From: Octopus bimaculoides
Taxonomy: Eukaryota
Assembly (NCBI RefSeq): GCF_001194135.2
Contig: NC_068998.1
Span: 1,718,148 to 1,782,147, forward strand
Length of the DNA stretch: 64,000 nucleotides
Direction of reading: 5' to 3'
A model generated the notes under the pieces. That model was not told the origin of the DNA, ran no database searches, and worked only from the letters and a program-made list of their open reading frames with translations. Positions 12,936 to 26,372 of this stretch are shown here, one piece after another; the first letter of the stretch is position 1; every line of letters begins with the position of its first letter. Both the position numbers and the translations under genes were made by a program.

Positions 12936-13689
12936 CGATTTTTTTCTCCGGCAAACAGCGTGACCCGGGGCTAATCAACAAACACAATCGGTTTATATAT
13001 ATATATATATATTACATTATGTATAGGTATGTATGCACATATATATATGTATATGTATGTATGTAGGTATGTATACATATATGTATACATGTATGTATGT
13101 ATGTATGTATGTATGTGTATATATTCCCGAAGCACCAATAGAAATTAAGATATCTCTGTAGATTTCCAGTAGAAAAACGTCCAACTATAGAATTTCTATG
13201 AAGGATTTTGGGGTTATATTCTTGGAAAAGGTCAACTTTAGTGATAAATTGTCCATTTAGAAAAGAAGAAAAACACATCAATTAAATTGTGAAAAGATAA
13301 TTGTACAGACTCGGAATCTATTTGAGAAAGAATAATGAAGTTGGAGAGAAAACATTTGTTAAACTTCACCAAATAAACTGGAAGAATGGGAAAAAAAAAT
13401 CAATACATTTATTAAATGGATGATCGGGAGCGTATTTTTTGTGCATGCGTGCGCACGCGTGTGTGTGTATGTGTATGTGCATTTATATATTTGATTTTAA
13501 CTTATTTTATTTTATTCTTTTCTTTGTAAGACATGACAGAATTGTTCGCTTGAACGAGAAAGATCGTGACTGCCACTAACGGATGAGATTCTAACAAGAA
13601 TCGAATTTCCAAACCTTCCACAGTTGATCACGTGTTTTTACTTTATACTGACAAATTCACAAACCAAACGAGAATACCTTTCAAAATGG

Positions 13690-13872
13690 TCGCCAGATGT
13701 GGTAGAAATAGCAGCGAAATTACCTTCAAAGAACACCATACAGCTTCTTATAAAGCAATGGCTGCTTTAGATAATTTAGTACTGCATACTCTTAAAAAGA
13801 CGAGATGGTCACGGTTGTACATCTGATTATAAATCTGCTCATCAGGGCCGACCAGAGGTTAAACAACAACAG
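13690..13872 (+). mobile_element. Family E copy
   Basis: GTAGAAATAGCAGCGAAAT...CTTAAAAAGACGAGATGGTCACGG...CAGGGCCGACCAGAGGTTAAACAACAAC. Confidence 0.7.
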
Positions 13873-14397
13873 TCGACAGCAGCAACAGCAACTACTACAG
13901 TAACAACGCTTATTTATACCCCATTTATTAATACACTGTTTGCTGTCTTCTTTAATAATCCTCGCTGATGTATTGTAAAACTGATGCAACGATTAACAAA
14001 GAATGTTTTAAGGCTTTCAACATGGAACCGAAAAGCAACCGACTCTGACATACCGGAAGTGATAAAATCGTTTACTTGTTTTGTATTTACAGTATTTCGA
14101 TTGGAGATCGACTAATCCATGCGTTATTCCTGTTTGATCCCTATAACTATCCTTTTCTAATCTATGAACCCACAGTCGTTAAAGGTTCACCATGCACCTC
14201 TTCATTTATGTACAGACATAGGCAAGATTTTATGGAAAGACAGCAGTCCCCGCCCCTTCGCTATCCAAGTTTATCCAAAGAGAAAAACCACCGACATGGG
14301 TCGATAGAATTTGGTACCGGTATCATCACAGACGATGTTATCAGAAGTCAAAGAGTCGGAAGAAATACCGCCAAGTACCATAATCCTAATCTTTTAC

Positions 14398-14480
14398 CAG
14401 TCCTGTTTACATACTGCCCCATGGATTGGCAACATAATCCTAAAACGTAAAGTTGATCTCGGCAGGATTTGAACGCCAGA
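14398..14480 (-). mobile_element. Degenerate SINE family B fragment
   Basis: AAAGTTGATCTCGGCAGGATTTGAACGCCAGAA resembles the family B segment AAAGTCGACCTCGGCGGAATTTGAACTCAGAA. Confidence 0.5.
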
Positions 14481-14809
14481 AGCATTCTATACTGGAGCAT
14501 TCTATCCAGCGCTCTATCCACTCTGCCAATTGGCCGCTGTGTGTCGTCATCGCATTAATTCCTATGCTGAACGGACGCTTCTCTGATTTCACAACGAAAA
14601 CTCTCTCAGTTTCTCTCCCAACCCCTTTAAACGCACCCAGCTCTTCCATCGATTTCATCTTCAGACGTTGCTAGCGTCGTCTTATTGGTTGCCGCTGCCA
14701 CTGATGACGATCGTGATGATGATGATGTTAAGGATAGTGCTAATTAATAGGAAGCTGATAATGATGTTGTTATGTTCACTGCTGCTCCAGCTGGTCCACG
14801 CATAGTCCC

Positions 14810-14840
<31 letters not shown>

Positions 14841-14926
14841 ATCGTCGTCGACGTCGTTGTTACCGTCGTTATTGGTGCTGTAGCTCCCATAGCGTTTTTT
14901 TTATTTCTTTCTGTTATTATTGCCTT

Positions 14927-14975
<49 letters not shown>

Positions 14976-14976
14976 G

Positions 14977-15007
<31 letters not shown>

Positions 15008-15034
15008 TACTATATAATAATAATAATAATAATG

Positions 15035-15068
<34 letters not shown>

Positions 15069-15182
15069 TAATAATAATAAGGAATGCTGTTGCTATTGTT
15101 CCGTTGCCTTAGTTTCACTATCGATGTCACCAACGTGGTACAGAATACTTCTTTTATTGATAAATAAGACGATAGATAGATT

Positions 15183-15238
<56 letters not shown>

Positions 15239-15466
15239 TGTACTGACATTCATGCATATACACGTTCCAATACATTAGCATGCATACATTTTTGCATATA
15301 AATACATACATGCATACACACATATACATACACACATGTATACATACACGCATACATATATATATATTTATGTATTTATATATTTGTATACATACACATA
15401 CATATATACAAGAAGAGAGGAGAACGGACAAAGAGAGAGAGAAATAGTTAGATGAGCGACTATATG

Positions 15467-15537
<71 letters not shown>

Positions 15538-15824
15538 GGTAGTTGTGATGCTGGTACTGGAGGTGATGACGACGATGACACCAGTTGTAAAGACAACAAA
15601 AGCAACCACACCATACTATTCAGAACAACAACAACGGAATTGCCAGCAACAATAAGAAGAGCAAGAAGAAGATCGGCACCGGTAAAAGTGTTTAATAAGT
15701 GAGACTTTGGCAGGTGGAGTGTTTAATAAGTTCAAGATTTCACGGACAAGTCTACCCTCACTTTGTAGAAAAGCAGCCGAGAATCAATGCAATGCTCCGA
15801 AGATACATTTATCGTTTGTAACAC

Positions 15825-15921
<97 letters not shown>

Positions 15922-16420
15922 GGCAGACAGAGTGAGAGAGAGTGAGAGAGTGACATATGCAGTCTCCTGGAATGTCATTGTGTCACAGAATTTCCCCTGC
16001 AAGCACAACTGACATGTTGAACTGAACGAATATCAACCACCGCTTTTTCTATCTCTTTTGTGTGGAGAATACACCTGTCATGTCTGCCGCATCCGCTGGC
16101 AATTCTTCTGCTTATTGTTAAAGCAATCATACAACTATTCATTGGTCTTTCAGGTTTAAGTTCCCATTGTTGCTGCTGCTGCTGCTGCTGCTGCTGTTGT
16201 TGCTTTTGTTATTCTTCTCCTTGTTGTCGTCGACGTTTCTGTTGCTGCTGATGTTGCTGATGTTGCATAAGTAGCTGTTGTTGATGTTGTTGTCGTTGCT
16301 TGTGGTGGTGGCGGCGGTGGTGCTGATGGTGGTAGTATTGTTGTTGTTGTCGTTTCTTATTCATGATGACGATGACGATGGTGTTGGTGATGATGATAAT
16401 AACGATGATGGTGATTCTGG

Positions 16421-16461
<41 letters not shown>

Positions 16462-16650
16462 CCCTTGTGACGTTTTTCATCTAAAACTAGAAATAATGAC
16501 AAAACGTGGAGATGGTCGTGATTGTTGTCTCGTAGCGGTGGTGGTGTTGGTGGTGGTGGTGGTGGTGGTGGTATTTCAGTTGGTGTTCGTCGCATTGGTG
16601 GCGGACTCTGAAAAATAAATTCTTTTATTTTGTACATGATCAATACCACA

Positions 16651-16732
16651 GCAAATCCATGGTATTGAGCAGAATATTTGTTGTAGCCCATCTTTTATAC
16701 CAAGACAAAACAACATACGACATAACTCTTCC

Positions 16733-16734
<2 letters not shown>
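16651..16734 (+). mobile_element. Family G retroposon 3' end, followed by an (ATT)n tail
   Basis: GCAAATC..TGGTATTGAGCAGAATATTTGTTGT...ATCTTTTA.ACCAAGACAAAAC is shared with 28581-28818. Confidence 0.75.
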
Positions 16735-16794
<60 letters not shown>

Positions 16795-16841
16795 CATTAT
16801 TATTATTATTATCATTATCGTCCTCCTCCTCATCCTCATCA

Positions 16842-16902
<61 letters not shown>

Positions 16903-16949
16903 CATTATTATTATTATTATCATTATCCTCCTCCTCCTCATCCTCATCA

Positions 16950-17006
<57 letters not shown>

Positions 17007-17010
17007 AATT
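16735..17010. repeat. Compound (ATT)n/(CTC)n microsatellite with a 108-bp higher-order duplication
   Basis: ATCATTATC(G/C)TCCTCCTCCTCATCCTCATCATC occurs at 16811 and at 16919. Confidence 0.9.
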
Positions 17011-17651
17011 ATTAATTTGTCATCACGCGGTGCAAATCCAGCTGTTATTCGAGTCTGTTGTAAAGACCTCCTCGTCGTTTAGTTTCTGCTATAAAGGACT
17101 TGCTTGAGGAAAGCAGTTCCCCCCGTCAGCCCCGAGGCTATGTATAATGGACGGTGCTGATAGAACCATGGACAGTAACTTTGACTACGCTGTCATCAGC
17201 TCCTTCAACTACCACTTATAACCTGAAAGAGAAGTAAAGCAAGAAATCTCTTTCTTCCTCGAAAGTAACAAGTTTGATGTTTCAAATACTGAGAAGAACT
17301 TGAGTTTTGCTTGAAGATGAGATCGGAGGAAAGGGTAAGGAAAATATATGCGTAAAGTAGATGGTTGTGATTCTAGTATGCTGGTCTGATCCTCTTTAAG
17401 TGGATTATCACCCCCCCCCCATCAACCATATTTCGAACATTCACAAGTTTATATACATTTAATTTTGTTTGTTTTTGTGCATACGTGTCTCTTGTAGTGG
17501 AACACTATACATATATACATAAATATATGTATATGTATATATGTTTGTATATGTGTATGTATGTATGTATATGTGTGCGTATATGCGTGTATGTGTATGT
17601 ATATATATGCATATGCATATATATATATATTTGTTATATCATATTATACTA

Positions 17652-17811
17652 CATAGCAAATCGACCCCAGGACTTATTCTTTGTAAGCCTAATACTTATT
17701 CTATCGGGTTCTTATGCCGAACCACTATGTTACGGGGGATGTAAACACACCAGCATCGGTTGCCAAGCGATGTTGGGAACAGACACAGACACAGAAACAT
17801 ATATACACACA

Positions 17812-17858
<47 letters not shown>

Positions 17859-18012
17859 GACGGACTTCTTTCAGTTTCCGTCTACCAAATCCACTCACAA
17901 GGCTTTGGTCGGCCCGAGGCTATAGTAGAAGGCAATTTGCCCAAGGTGCTACGCAGTGGGACTGACCTGAAAACTTGTAGTTGGTGAGCAAGCTACTTAC
18001 CACACAGCCACT
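17652..18012 (-). mobile_element. SINE family A, near full length, with internal (TA)n
   Basis: tRNA-like head (GTGGCTGTGTGGTAAG...AGGTCAGTCCC), body, and 3' part GCTTGGCAACCGATGCTGGTGTGTTTAC...GGGGTCGATTTG. Confidence 0.9.
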
Positions 18013-18664
18013 CCGGTATATATAGTTTCTTTTCAGCCTCGCTTAGAACTTTACTTAGTATTTTATCGCATGACTCAGGGATAGAGATAAAGAAAAGGGC
18101 CGGGAATTCATCTCCCTTTCGTGTTGTTCAGACAAAACAACGTTTATCGTCTTTTATGCCTGCCCGCCTGTACATATACACCTAAAGCAATAACCAAATC
18201 CGGGTGCTTGTTACTACGCCATACTCGCTCGCACGTGACTGGGTGCTTCTATTAAGAAGAACACCTCGACATTTGCACACACACATCTGCATCCCACGTA
18301 GAACAAGGTAACACTCAGTACTTAGCCCCCGTGTTGTGTAAAGGGGTACTTTTATAGTAAGAGGAAACGGGAAAGCGAAATGAAACATTGTACTGTGCCC
18401 AACACACAGAGAAGGAAGAAGACTCATCAAAAGTAAGACTAGAGAAATTAATAATAATAGTGATGATGATGATGACGATGGCATTGATACATTATTATTT
18501 GATATTGATTTCTACATCAGTTATATTGTACACACACACACACACANNNNNNNNNNNNNNNNNNNNNNNNNNNNNNNNNNNNNNNNNNNNNNNNNNNNNN
18601 NNNNNNNNNNNNNNNNNNNNNNNNNNNNNNNNNNNNNNNNNNNNNNNNNNNNNNNNNNNNNNNN

Positions 18665-18697
<33 letters not shown>

Positions 18698-19202
18698 CAT
18701 ACGTACATACATATATCTTTGTATATTTGTATGCTTACAAACTTATTTAAGACTAAATTGTTTCCCCCCTGGCAAGAAATTTTATTAAAGATATAATAGG
18801 TTGCCTCCACATACACGCGCGCGCGTAAACACACACATACACACACACAAACGCAGTCAGACAGATACGTGTGTGTGTATGCAGAGGATTGTATGTAGTA
18901 TTATAAACGGGAGTACAGATACGTTTACAGAGTGTATATATTTCTATGAAACTGATGTGATGAAAGGAAGACTGAGCGAGTCGCTAGCTTCGTGTACACA
19001 CACACGCACGCGCGTACTCACACACATATTTACACACACTCACACACACACACGCACATGTCGAGTATTTTTCCAAAAACCTCTTGAGAATATATTAATT
19101 TTCGATGTCTTGATATATATATCGCCATGTTTTGTTATATAACACAAATGGGTATGTATGTATATATATATATATAAACTTTGTTTAAGGAGTAGACAAC
19201 CA

Positions 19203-19249
<47 letters not shown>

Positions 19250-19274
19250 AATATGTGTATATGCATGCATATAC

Positions 19275-19306
<32 letters not shown>

Positions 19307-19727
19307 ATTCATATATACATAAATGTGTATCTGTGCATATGTGCATGTATGTGTGTGTGTGTGTGTGCTGCTCCTACTTCTAATAGCCACTCCCCCTCCT
19401 ACTGCAGCCAGTAAGTACAATGAATCGGCAACAATCAGAACAAAATGAAATTTAAGAACCATGTGATTTTTGTAAACTTAAAAACTGGTCCCATGAACAA
19501 TTAATTTCATCTAATATATATCAATAAACTTTCTAAGGCATTTAAGCACGACTAAGTTGTCTTCTTAAGCGACTGAAACCGGTAGCGTAATGTCATAAAA
19601 GTGTAAAGAGTTTCGGTTAACGATGATAATTTGCTTTTTAATCATACATACATGCATGCATGCATACATACACACACACATGCATACATACATACATGCA
19701 TACATGCATAGATACATACATATATAC

Positions 19728-19779
<52 letters not shown>

Positions 19780-20218
19780 ATGTATGCATGTATATACAGA
19801 GAGAGAGAGAGAGATGAGATGCTGTCAACTCTTGCATTCTTGATCCTTGCCTGCAATAGCAAATGGAACCTATGTCCCAAAAGCTTGACATTTACAGGAC
19901 TACATCTGTGGAGTTATATTAAATGTGAGAATAAGAAACTTAGCCAAAGCTGCTTCGTTAGAAACATTTACATGATATCCAAAAACCTTCCGTTGTGTAA
20001 TCCATGTAATCCATGCAGATTATCCCCAGATACGCAAATCCTTCATTTCCTTTCGAGATAAACATGAAACAAAGAGGTGCTTAATTCCGCTTAAAAAATA
20101 ATGTCTCTTGTATAAAACATCCATTGGAATTAATATTGCATCAGCCTCTCTAGTATGGGCTTAACTCTGACGGATAAGAAGAATTAAATATCATATCATA
20201 TTATATTAAATATCAAAG

Positions 20219-20370
20219 CGCGGCTATGGCTGTGGCGGAGGAAGTCTGCTTCGCAACGACGTGGTTTGTAGTTCAATTCCAGCGAGTGGCATCTTAGGTA
20301 AATGTCTTCTGCTATAGCCTCAGGTCGATCAATGCCTTGTGAGTGGATATGAACTAAAGAATCGAGCGTG
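20219..20370 (+). mobile_element. SINE family A, degenerate 5' half
   Basis: GGCTGTGGCGGAGGAAG...GTTCAATTCC...AATGTCTTCTGCTATAGCCTCAGGTCGA...GCCTTGTGAGTGGAT. Confidence 0.75.
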
Positions 20371-20543
20371 TGACAAACATGCATTCGTCGTTAAGAAGTT
20401 GTTCTTCAATGAGGAAAAGCAACAGCGATTAGTCTACTCATGTTCGAATCTGCAGGAATGCTTCATTAAGGAATATGCAAGTCATAGTATATGCATATAA
20501 ATATATGTATATACATATATACATGCGTTTATATATGTGTGTA

Positions 20544-20597
<54 letters not shown>

Positions 20598-20722
20598 CAT
20601 TATTTTGTATTATATATATTAACGTATGCATAATATAAATATATATGTATATGTAATGTATACGTATGTTTATATATATATATATATACGTGTATATACG
20701 TGTATATGTGTGTGTATGTATG

Positions 20723-20753
<31 letters not shown>

Positions 20754-20924
20754 GTATATGCGTGTATAGTGTGTATGCGATATTTAATTCTCAATTCTAT
20801 TAACTGTCAGACTATTGTTGTCATTCTCATTAATATTGGTATTGTTGCTGTTTGGGTTCAAATTGTTATTGCTGCTGTTGCTGCTGCTGCTACTGCTGAT
20901 GATTGACCGTTGACCGAACACTAT

Positions 20925-21100
20925 TCAATTATTTTTCTCCGTGTTTTTCTCCTTGTCTCCGTATTCTTTCTGTTGAAGAGCGTAGCTCGAAACGTCAAAG
21001 ACTTTCCGTATTCCCGAGCGTCATACTAATATATCCTTTTGTTATTTACACCACCTGTCCTCGTCTGTTGTTATTATTTGTATATTCTCCCATATATATA
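20925..21100 (+). mobile_element. Penelope-like element terminal-repeat (pLTR) fragment, copy 1
   Basis: Homologous to 32625-32810; contains a hammerhead motif of the PLE type; no ORF. Confidence 0.65.
20965..21001 (+). ncRNA. Minimal type I hammerhead-ribozyme-like motif with an A6U core variant
   Basis: TCTTT-CTGTTGA-A-GAGC(GTA)GCTC-GAAA-CGTC-AAAGA: 5-bp stem I, 4-bp stem II, palindromic ACGT in the stem III position, GUC cleavage triplet. Confidence 0.6.
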
Positions 21101-21585
21101 TATATGTCCACATACACTTCCTTGTATACACACACACACACACACACACAGATATATATACACGTACAGACACATACAAGCATACCTTATGGTACATTTC
21201 ACACACACACACACACGTGCACACACGCAGACGCACGTACACACACTCACACATAGATATATGCACCCACAAACAGCTAAACATATATCAGCATCTAAAC
21301 ACATTTATAAACACCTACATACATATTCACACACAAACTTCTATCAATGCAACACATACATACACACACACACACATCGACACACACACACACGTCGACA
21401 CACACACACATCGACACACACACATACACACAACCACGCATACACTCGGGCATTTAGTTATATACTTATACACGCAATACACCTGCACACATACAAATAT
21501 CAACTCACACACACACATAGTAATGACCGCCGACAAACACACTCACACACATACATCGGTACAAACGCGATTGCGTGCGTGCAGA

Positions 21586-21633
<48 letters not shown>

Positions 21634-23719
21634 TAAACACTTTCACAGTCACACAAACACATATACACACACATACACACGCCAAGACACACATACATAC
21701 AAAAACGCTAGTAAGCCACTACACATATCAACTTAAATAAATACCTACACACACACGCACGTGCACACATACATAGATGCACACACATACAAACACCTTT
21801 ACACACATGCGCACACTAGCATACTCTAATAAACACCCACGTTCACCCACACATATATTACTATATGCTGAAACATACATACACATATATACATCTATTA
21901 GTGTATACTCACTCCTACACGCATCTACACATACCTACTCACACACACACGCAAACACACTCATACAGACACACACACCTACGCACACACGTCCTCCCTC
22001 AGAGTACCAAAGTCACTGAAGCGTGATATCAAAGTTACGAAACGCCAGTCGAAACTGTCCTTGTAGCTGGCAACGAAGTGATAAAGGCGTTAACAGGTTA
22101 TCTCGGCAAGATGGCGGAATCTAAGACGTTTTGCCCTGTCTACGCATCACTGAACACAACTGAACAGATCGATATTACCATTATCAGATAGCTAAATAGA
22201 TATGCCTCCACAGCATCTCCTTCGATTATACACTCCTTCCATTACTCTCACCATTTCAGCGTTTCACCACCACCACCACAAAACATTGACCCAAGCATTA
22301 CTCCGACTATTCCTCCATCACTTTTTCTCCTCCTTTATTTTCTCCCTCTCTCTCTCTCTCTTTCTCTTTCTCTTTCGCTGTCTCCTTCTTGTCTTCTGTT
22401 TCCATACGGTCGTCTGCATTTGTATATATTTATCAGTCACTAACTACGGTTACGTGAGTCCCGTTTAATTTTTAATTACATTTTGAGCACTTTAAGTGAA
22501 GAATACTCTTTGTCTGAACCACTTAAGATGTGTCTGAGGAGCCGAAGTTTGTCTCGCTGCTTCATAAATAAATAACCCCTCATAAATTTTATTCTGAGTT
22601 TAACAGTGTTTAACGCCACCTCATTAAACAGTAGTAATCCAGTTAGATATAATGTCGTCTGATTCGGTACGTTCTGTCGTCCTTGACGCTGTTATATCTC
22701 ATTCGACGTGACCGATTGCTATGCAGAGCTTCAACACACGAATCATTGAGTTTCCGCTCCAAAAAACGAAAGCGGAAACAAAAATGTTTGTCACCAAAGA
22801 TAAATGAGGAGCTGAACACAAATACATTTTCTTTCTGTGGTATATCTGAAACACCTTCTATCTGTTCAATTTCTCTCATCTTTTCACTCGTGTGGTACCT
22901 TACAACTTTACTTTGTTATATATATATATATATATNNNNNNNNNNNNNNNNNNNNNNNNNNNNNNNNNNNNNNNNNNNNNNNNNNNNNNNNNNNNNNNNN
23001 NNNNNNNNNNNNNNNNNNNNNNNNNNNNNNNNNNNNNNNNNNNNNNNNNNNNNNNNNNNNNNNNNNNNNNNNNNNNNNNNNNNNNNNNNNNNNNNNNNNN
23101 NNNNNNNNNNNNNNNNNNNNNNNNNNNNNNNNNNNNNNNNNNNNNNNNNNNNNNNNNNNNNNNNNNNNNNNNNNNNNNNNNNNNNNNNNNNNNNNNNNNN
23201 NNNNNNNNNNNNNNNNNNNNNNNNNNNNNNNNNNNNNNNNNNNNNNNNNNNNNNNNNNNNNNNNNNNNNNNNNNNNNNNNNNNNNNNNNNNNNNNNNNNN
23301 NNNNNNNNNNNNNNNNNNNNNNNNNNNNNNNNNNNNNNNNNNNNNNNNNNNNNNNNNNNNNNNNNNNNNNNNNNNNNNNNNNNNNNNNNNNNNNNNNNNN
23401 NNNNNNNNNNNNNNNNNNNNNNNNNNNNNNNNNNNNNNNNNNNNNNNNNNNNNNNNNNNNNNNNNNNNNNNNNNNNNNNNNNNNNNNNNNNNNNNNNNNN
23501 NNNNNNNNNNNNNNNNNNNNNNNNNNNNNNNNNNNNNNNNNNNNNNNNNNNNNNNNNNNNNNNNNNNNNNNNNNNNNNNNNNNNNNNNNNNNNNNNNNNN
23601 NNNNNNNNNNNNNNNNNNNNNNNNNNNNNNNNNNNNNNNNNNNNNNNNNNNNNNNNNNNNNNNNNNNNNNNNNNNNNNNNNNNNNNNNNNNNNNNNNNNN
23701 NNNNNNNNNNNNNNNNNNN

Positions 23720-23757
<38 letters not shown>

Positions 23758-24555
23758 TGTATGTATGTATGTATGTACGTATGTACGTATGTATATTTGC
23801 AGATATTCTATATAATCTTGAAAAGAAAGGAATTGATGGATAGAAAGTGACATTGCTGTAGAAGTTTACTTATGACGGTCTCAATGCACATTTGAGCGCG
23901 TACGCGCGTGTACGGGTGTGTGTGTGTGTGTGTGTAAGTGGAAGTGTGGATGCTCACAGTGATATAAATAGAAAGAGGGTGAGAGAGGGAGATAGATTTA
24001 TATATGTATATACATTCATATATGTGTATATATACACACATATACACACACGCACACGCACTCACACACACACGCACGTACAAAGTATTCGTACTTAACC
24101 ATTTCTAAAGAGATGCTGGTAATTAAGCAGCAACTCCTCAAGACGCTGGTGCTTACCATTATTATTCTGAGAGATTCTTTATTCGTACAAAGCGACCAAC
24201 AGTAGTAAGCTTGCTTGTTTCCCTTGAAGAATATCCTGGAAGTCTTTGACAGACTTAAACCATAATGGTACATAGAACCGATTATGATGGATTCTTTAAA
24301 AAGACAAGCTTTTGTAGTTCCTGCCACAGATCTTATTCTATTCTTTATGTACCATTCATATACGCACATATATACACATACGTATTCATGTTCAAAGATA
24401 TGCATGCACATACATACACATACATACACATACGCAAGCGCTCACACAGACACAAGCATCATGCCCACATACACACATTCACGCATACTGACATACAGAT
24501 ACACACGCACACAAAAGAAAAGATAGACTCACATCGTACACATATACATGTATAC

Positions 24556-24627
<72 letters not shown>

Positions 24628-25073
24628 CCACGTTCACACACAAAAATGCACACACACATTCATATTAATACATAGCTTATGCTCACACGCGCGCGAGCGT
24701 ATACACACACATGCACACATACACACACGCGCACACACATCACACGTACACATACATACATTAACACATACACACGCGCACACACATATGCACACAAAGC
24801 TATAATACACATACAGACTCTCATCGAAGCACATTACATACGCGCACACAAACACTCAAACACACACACACTCACACACACACATACACACACACACACA
24901 TACACACATACATCTCTCTTTCCCTCCCTCTCTCTCTCTCACACACAAGCAAACAAACAAAGAGAAAATTATGTGTATACATCCATCAGACGCTACACCA
25001 CACACACACACACACACTGCATGGAGCAATCAGAGACACAGGTATAGCTATGTGATAATGAAGGTTCCTTAAA

Positions 25074-25284
25074 GGGGCTGGCAGAAACGTTAGCACGCCG
25101 GGCGAAATGCTTAGCGGTCTTTCGTCTGTCTTTACGTTCTGAGTTCAAATTCCGCCGAGGTCGACTTTGACTTTCATCCTTTCGGGGTCGATAAATTAAG
25201 TACCACTCGCGTACTGGGGTCGATCTAATCGACTGGGCCCCTCCCCCCAAAATTTCAGGCCTTGTGCCTAGAGTGGAAAAGAAT
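25074..25284 (+). mobile_element. SINE family B, full-length and apparently young copy
   Basis: GCTGGCAGAAACGTTAGCACGCCGGGCGAAATG head, GAGTTCAAATTCC B-box, GGGGTCGATAAA..AAGTACC body, GGCCTTGTGCC end. Confidence 0.9.
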
Positions 25285-25798
25285 GAAAGTCCCTTCACTG
25301 ACATCTGCTTCTGTTCCGGGTTCTATCCCATAACACAGTACTACTTTAACAGTTGGAAATTAATACAAAAAATAAATTATTTAGGCCCATACAAATATAT
25401 AAATACATACATGTGTGTGTGTGTGTGTGTGTGTGTGCGTACGTGCGCGCGTGTGTATGTATGGATGTATATAGCTCCCCTCTAAATCAACAACTAGCAT
25501 TCCACAGATACCAAGCTTCACAGAAATTCTTCCGATTCTTCCGATAATATTCTTCGAGTGTGTGTCAGGATTAAAGAAATGTCTATTCCATTGTATTCCA
25601 TTCTGATCCAGAGAGTCAAAGACTTACTTCTGAAATATTCATCCCTTAATGGAAACCTTCCGAAATTCAATGCGCAAAAATACAATCTTTGCACATCAAA
25701 GAAAGAGAGGATGGAGTGTTTGTGCGTGGCGTGGCATGCGGAGAATTATCGGTACGTATAGCAGAGTGTATGATTCAGCTTACACACACTTACACATG

Positions 25799-25928
<130 letters not shown>

Positions 25929-26321
25929 TGTGCGTATGTGTGTCTTCGTCGTTTGTTTTTCTGTAAATTTCAACTATATATATATATCGTTTACACGTGA
26001 GCTACTTTAAGTTTCAAGCTCCGATAATGCAGTGACTGGATGTGCTTATATTGTGTGCCGTACATGATCCAGAAATCATTCAGGCTCAGATCGTACAACT
26101 CGCGAATTCAACAAATGACAGTTTTCTGTCGCTGGGTTGCGTACTTTTTTCGCTGATCCTATCAACAAGAAAACAGAACACTATCTATATGCATGTATGG
26201 ATGTGTGTATGTGTGTGAGCGTGTAAAACCATCCCAGTTGCTGTAAACTTAGTGTGCATCAACACCATTGAGACATCTGGATCACAACTGCACGATGAAC
26301 GGGAACGTGAAACTCTGAGTA

Positions 26322-26372
<51 letters not shown>

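Noticed and set aside
17030-17260. Strong minus-strand acceptor CTTTACTTCTCTTTCAG near 17222
   Set aside because: All three frames stop within six codons; there is no support for a coding exon.
25620-25700. Possible 59-nt minus-strand exon ending in GTAAGT (LYFCALNFGRFPLRDEYFR)
   Set aside because: Weak acceptor, unrecognised peptide and no partner exons.
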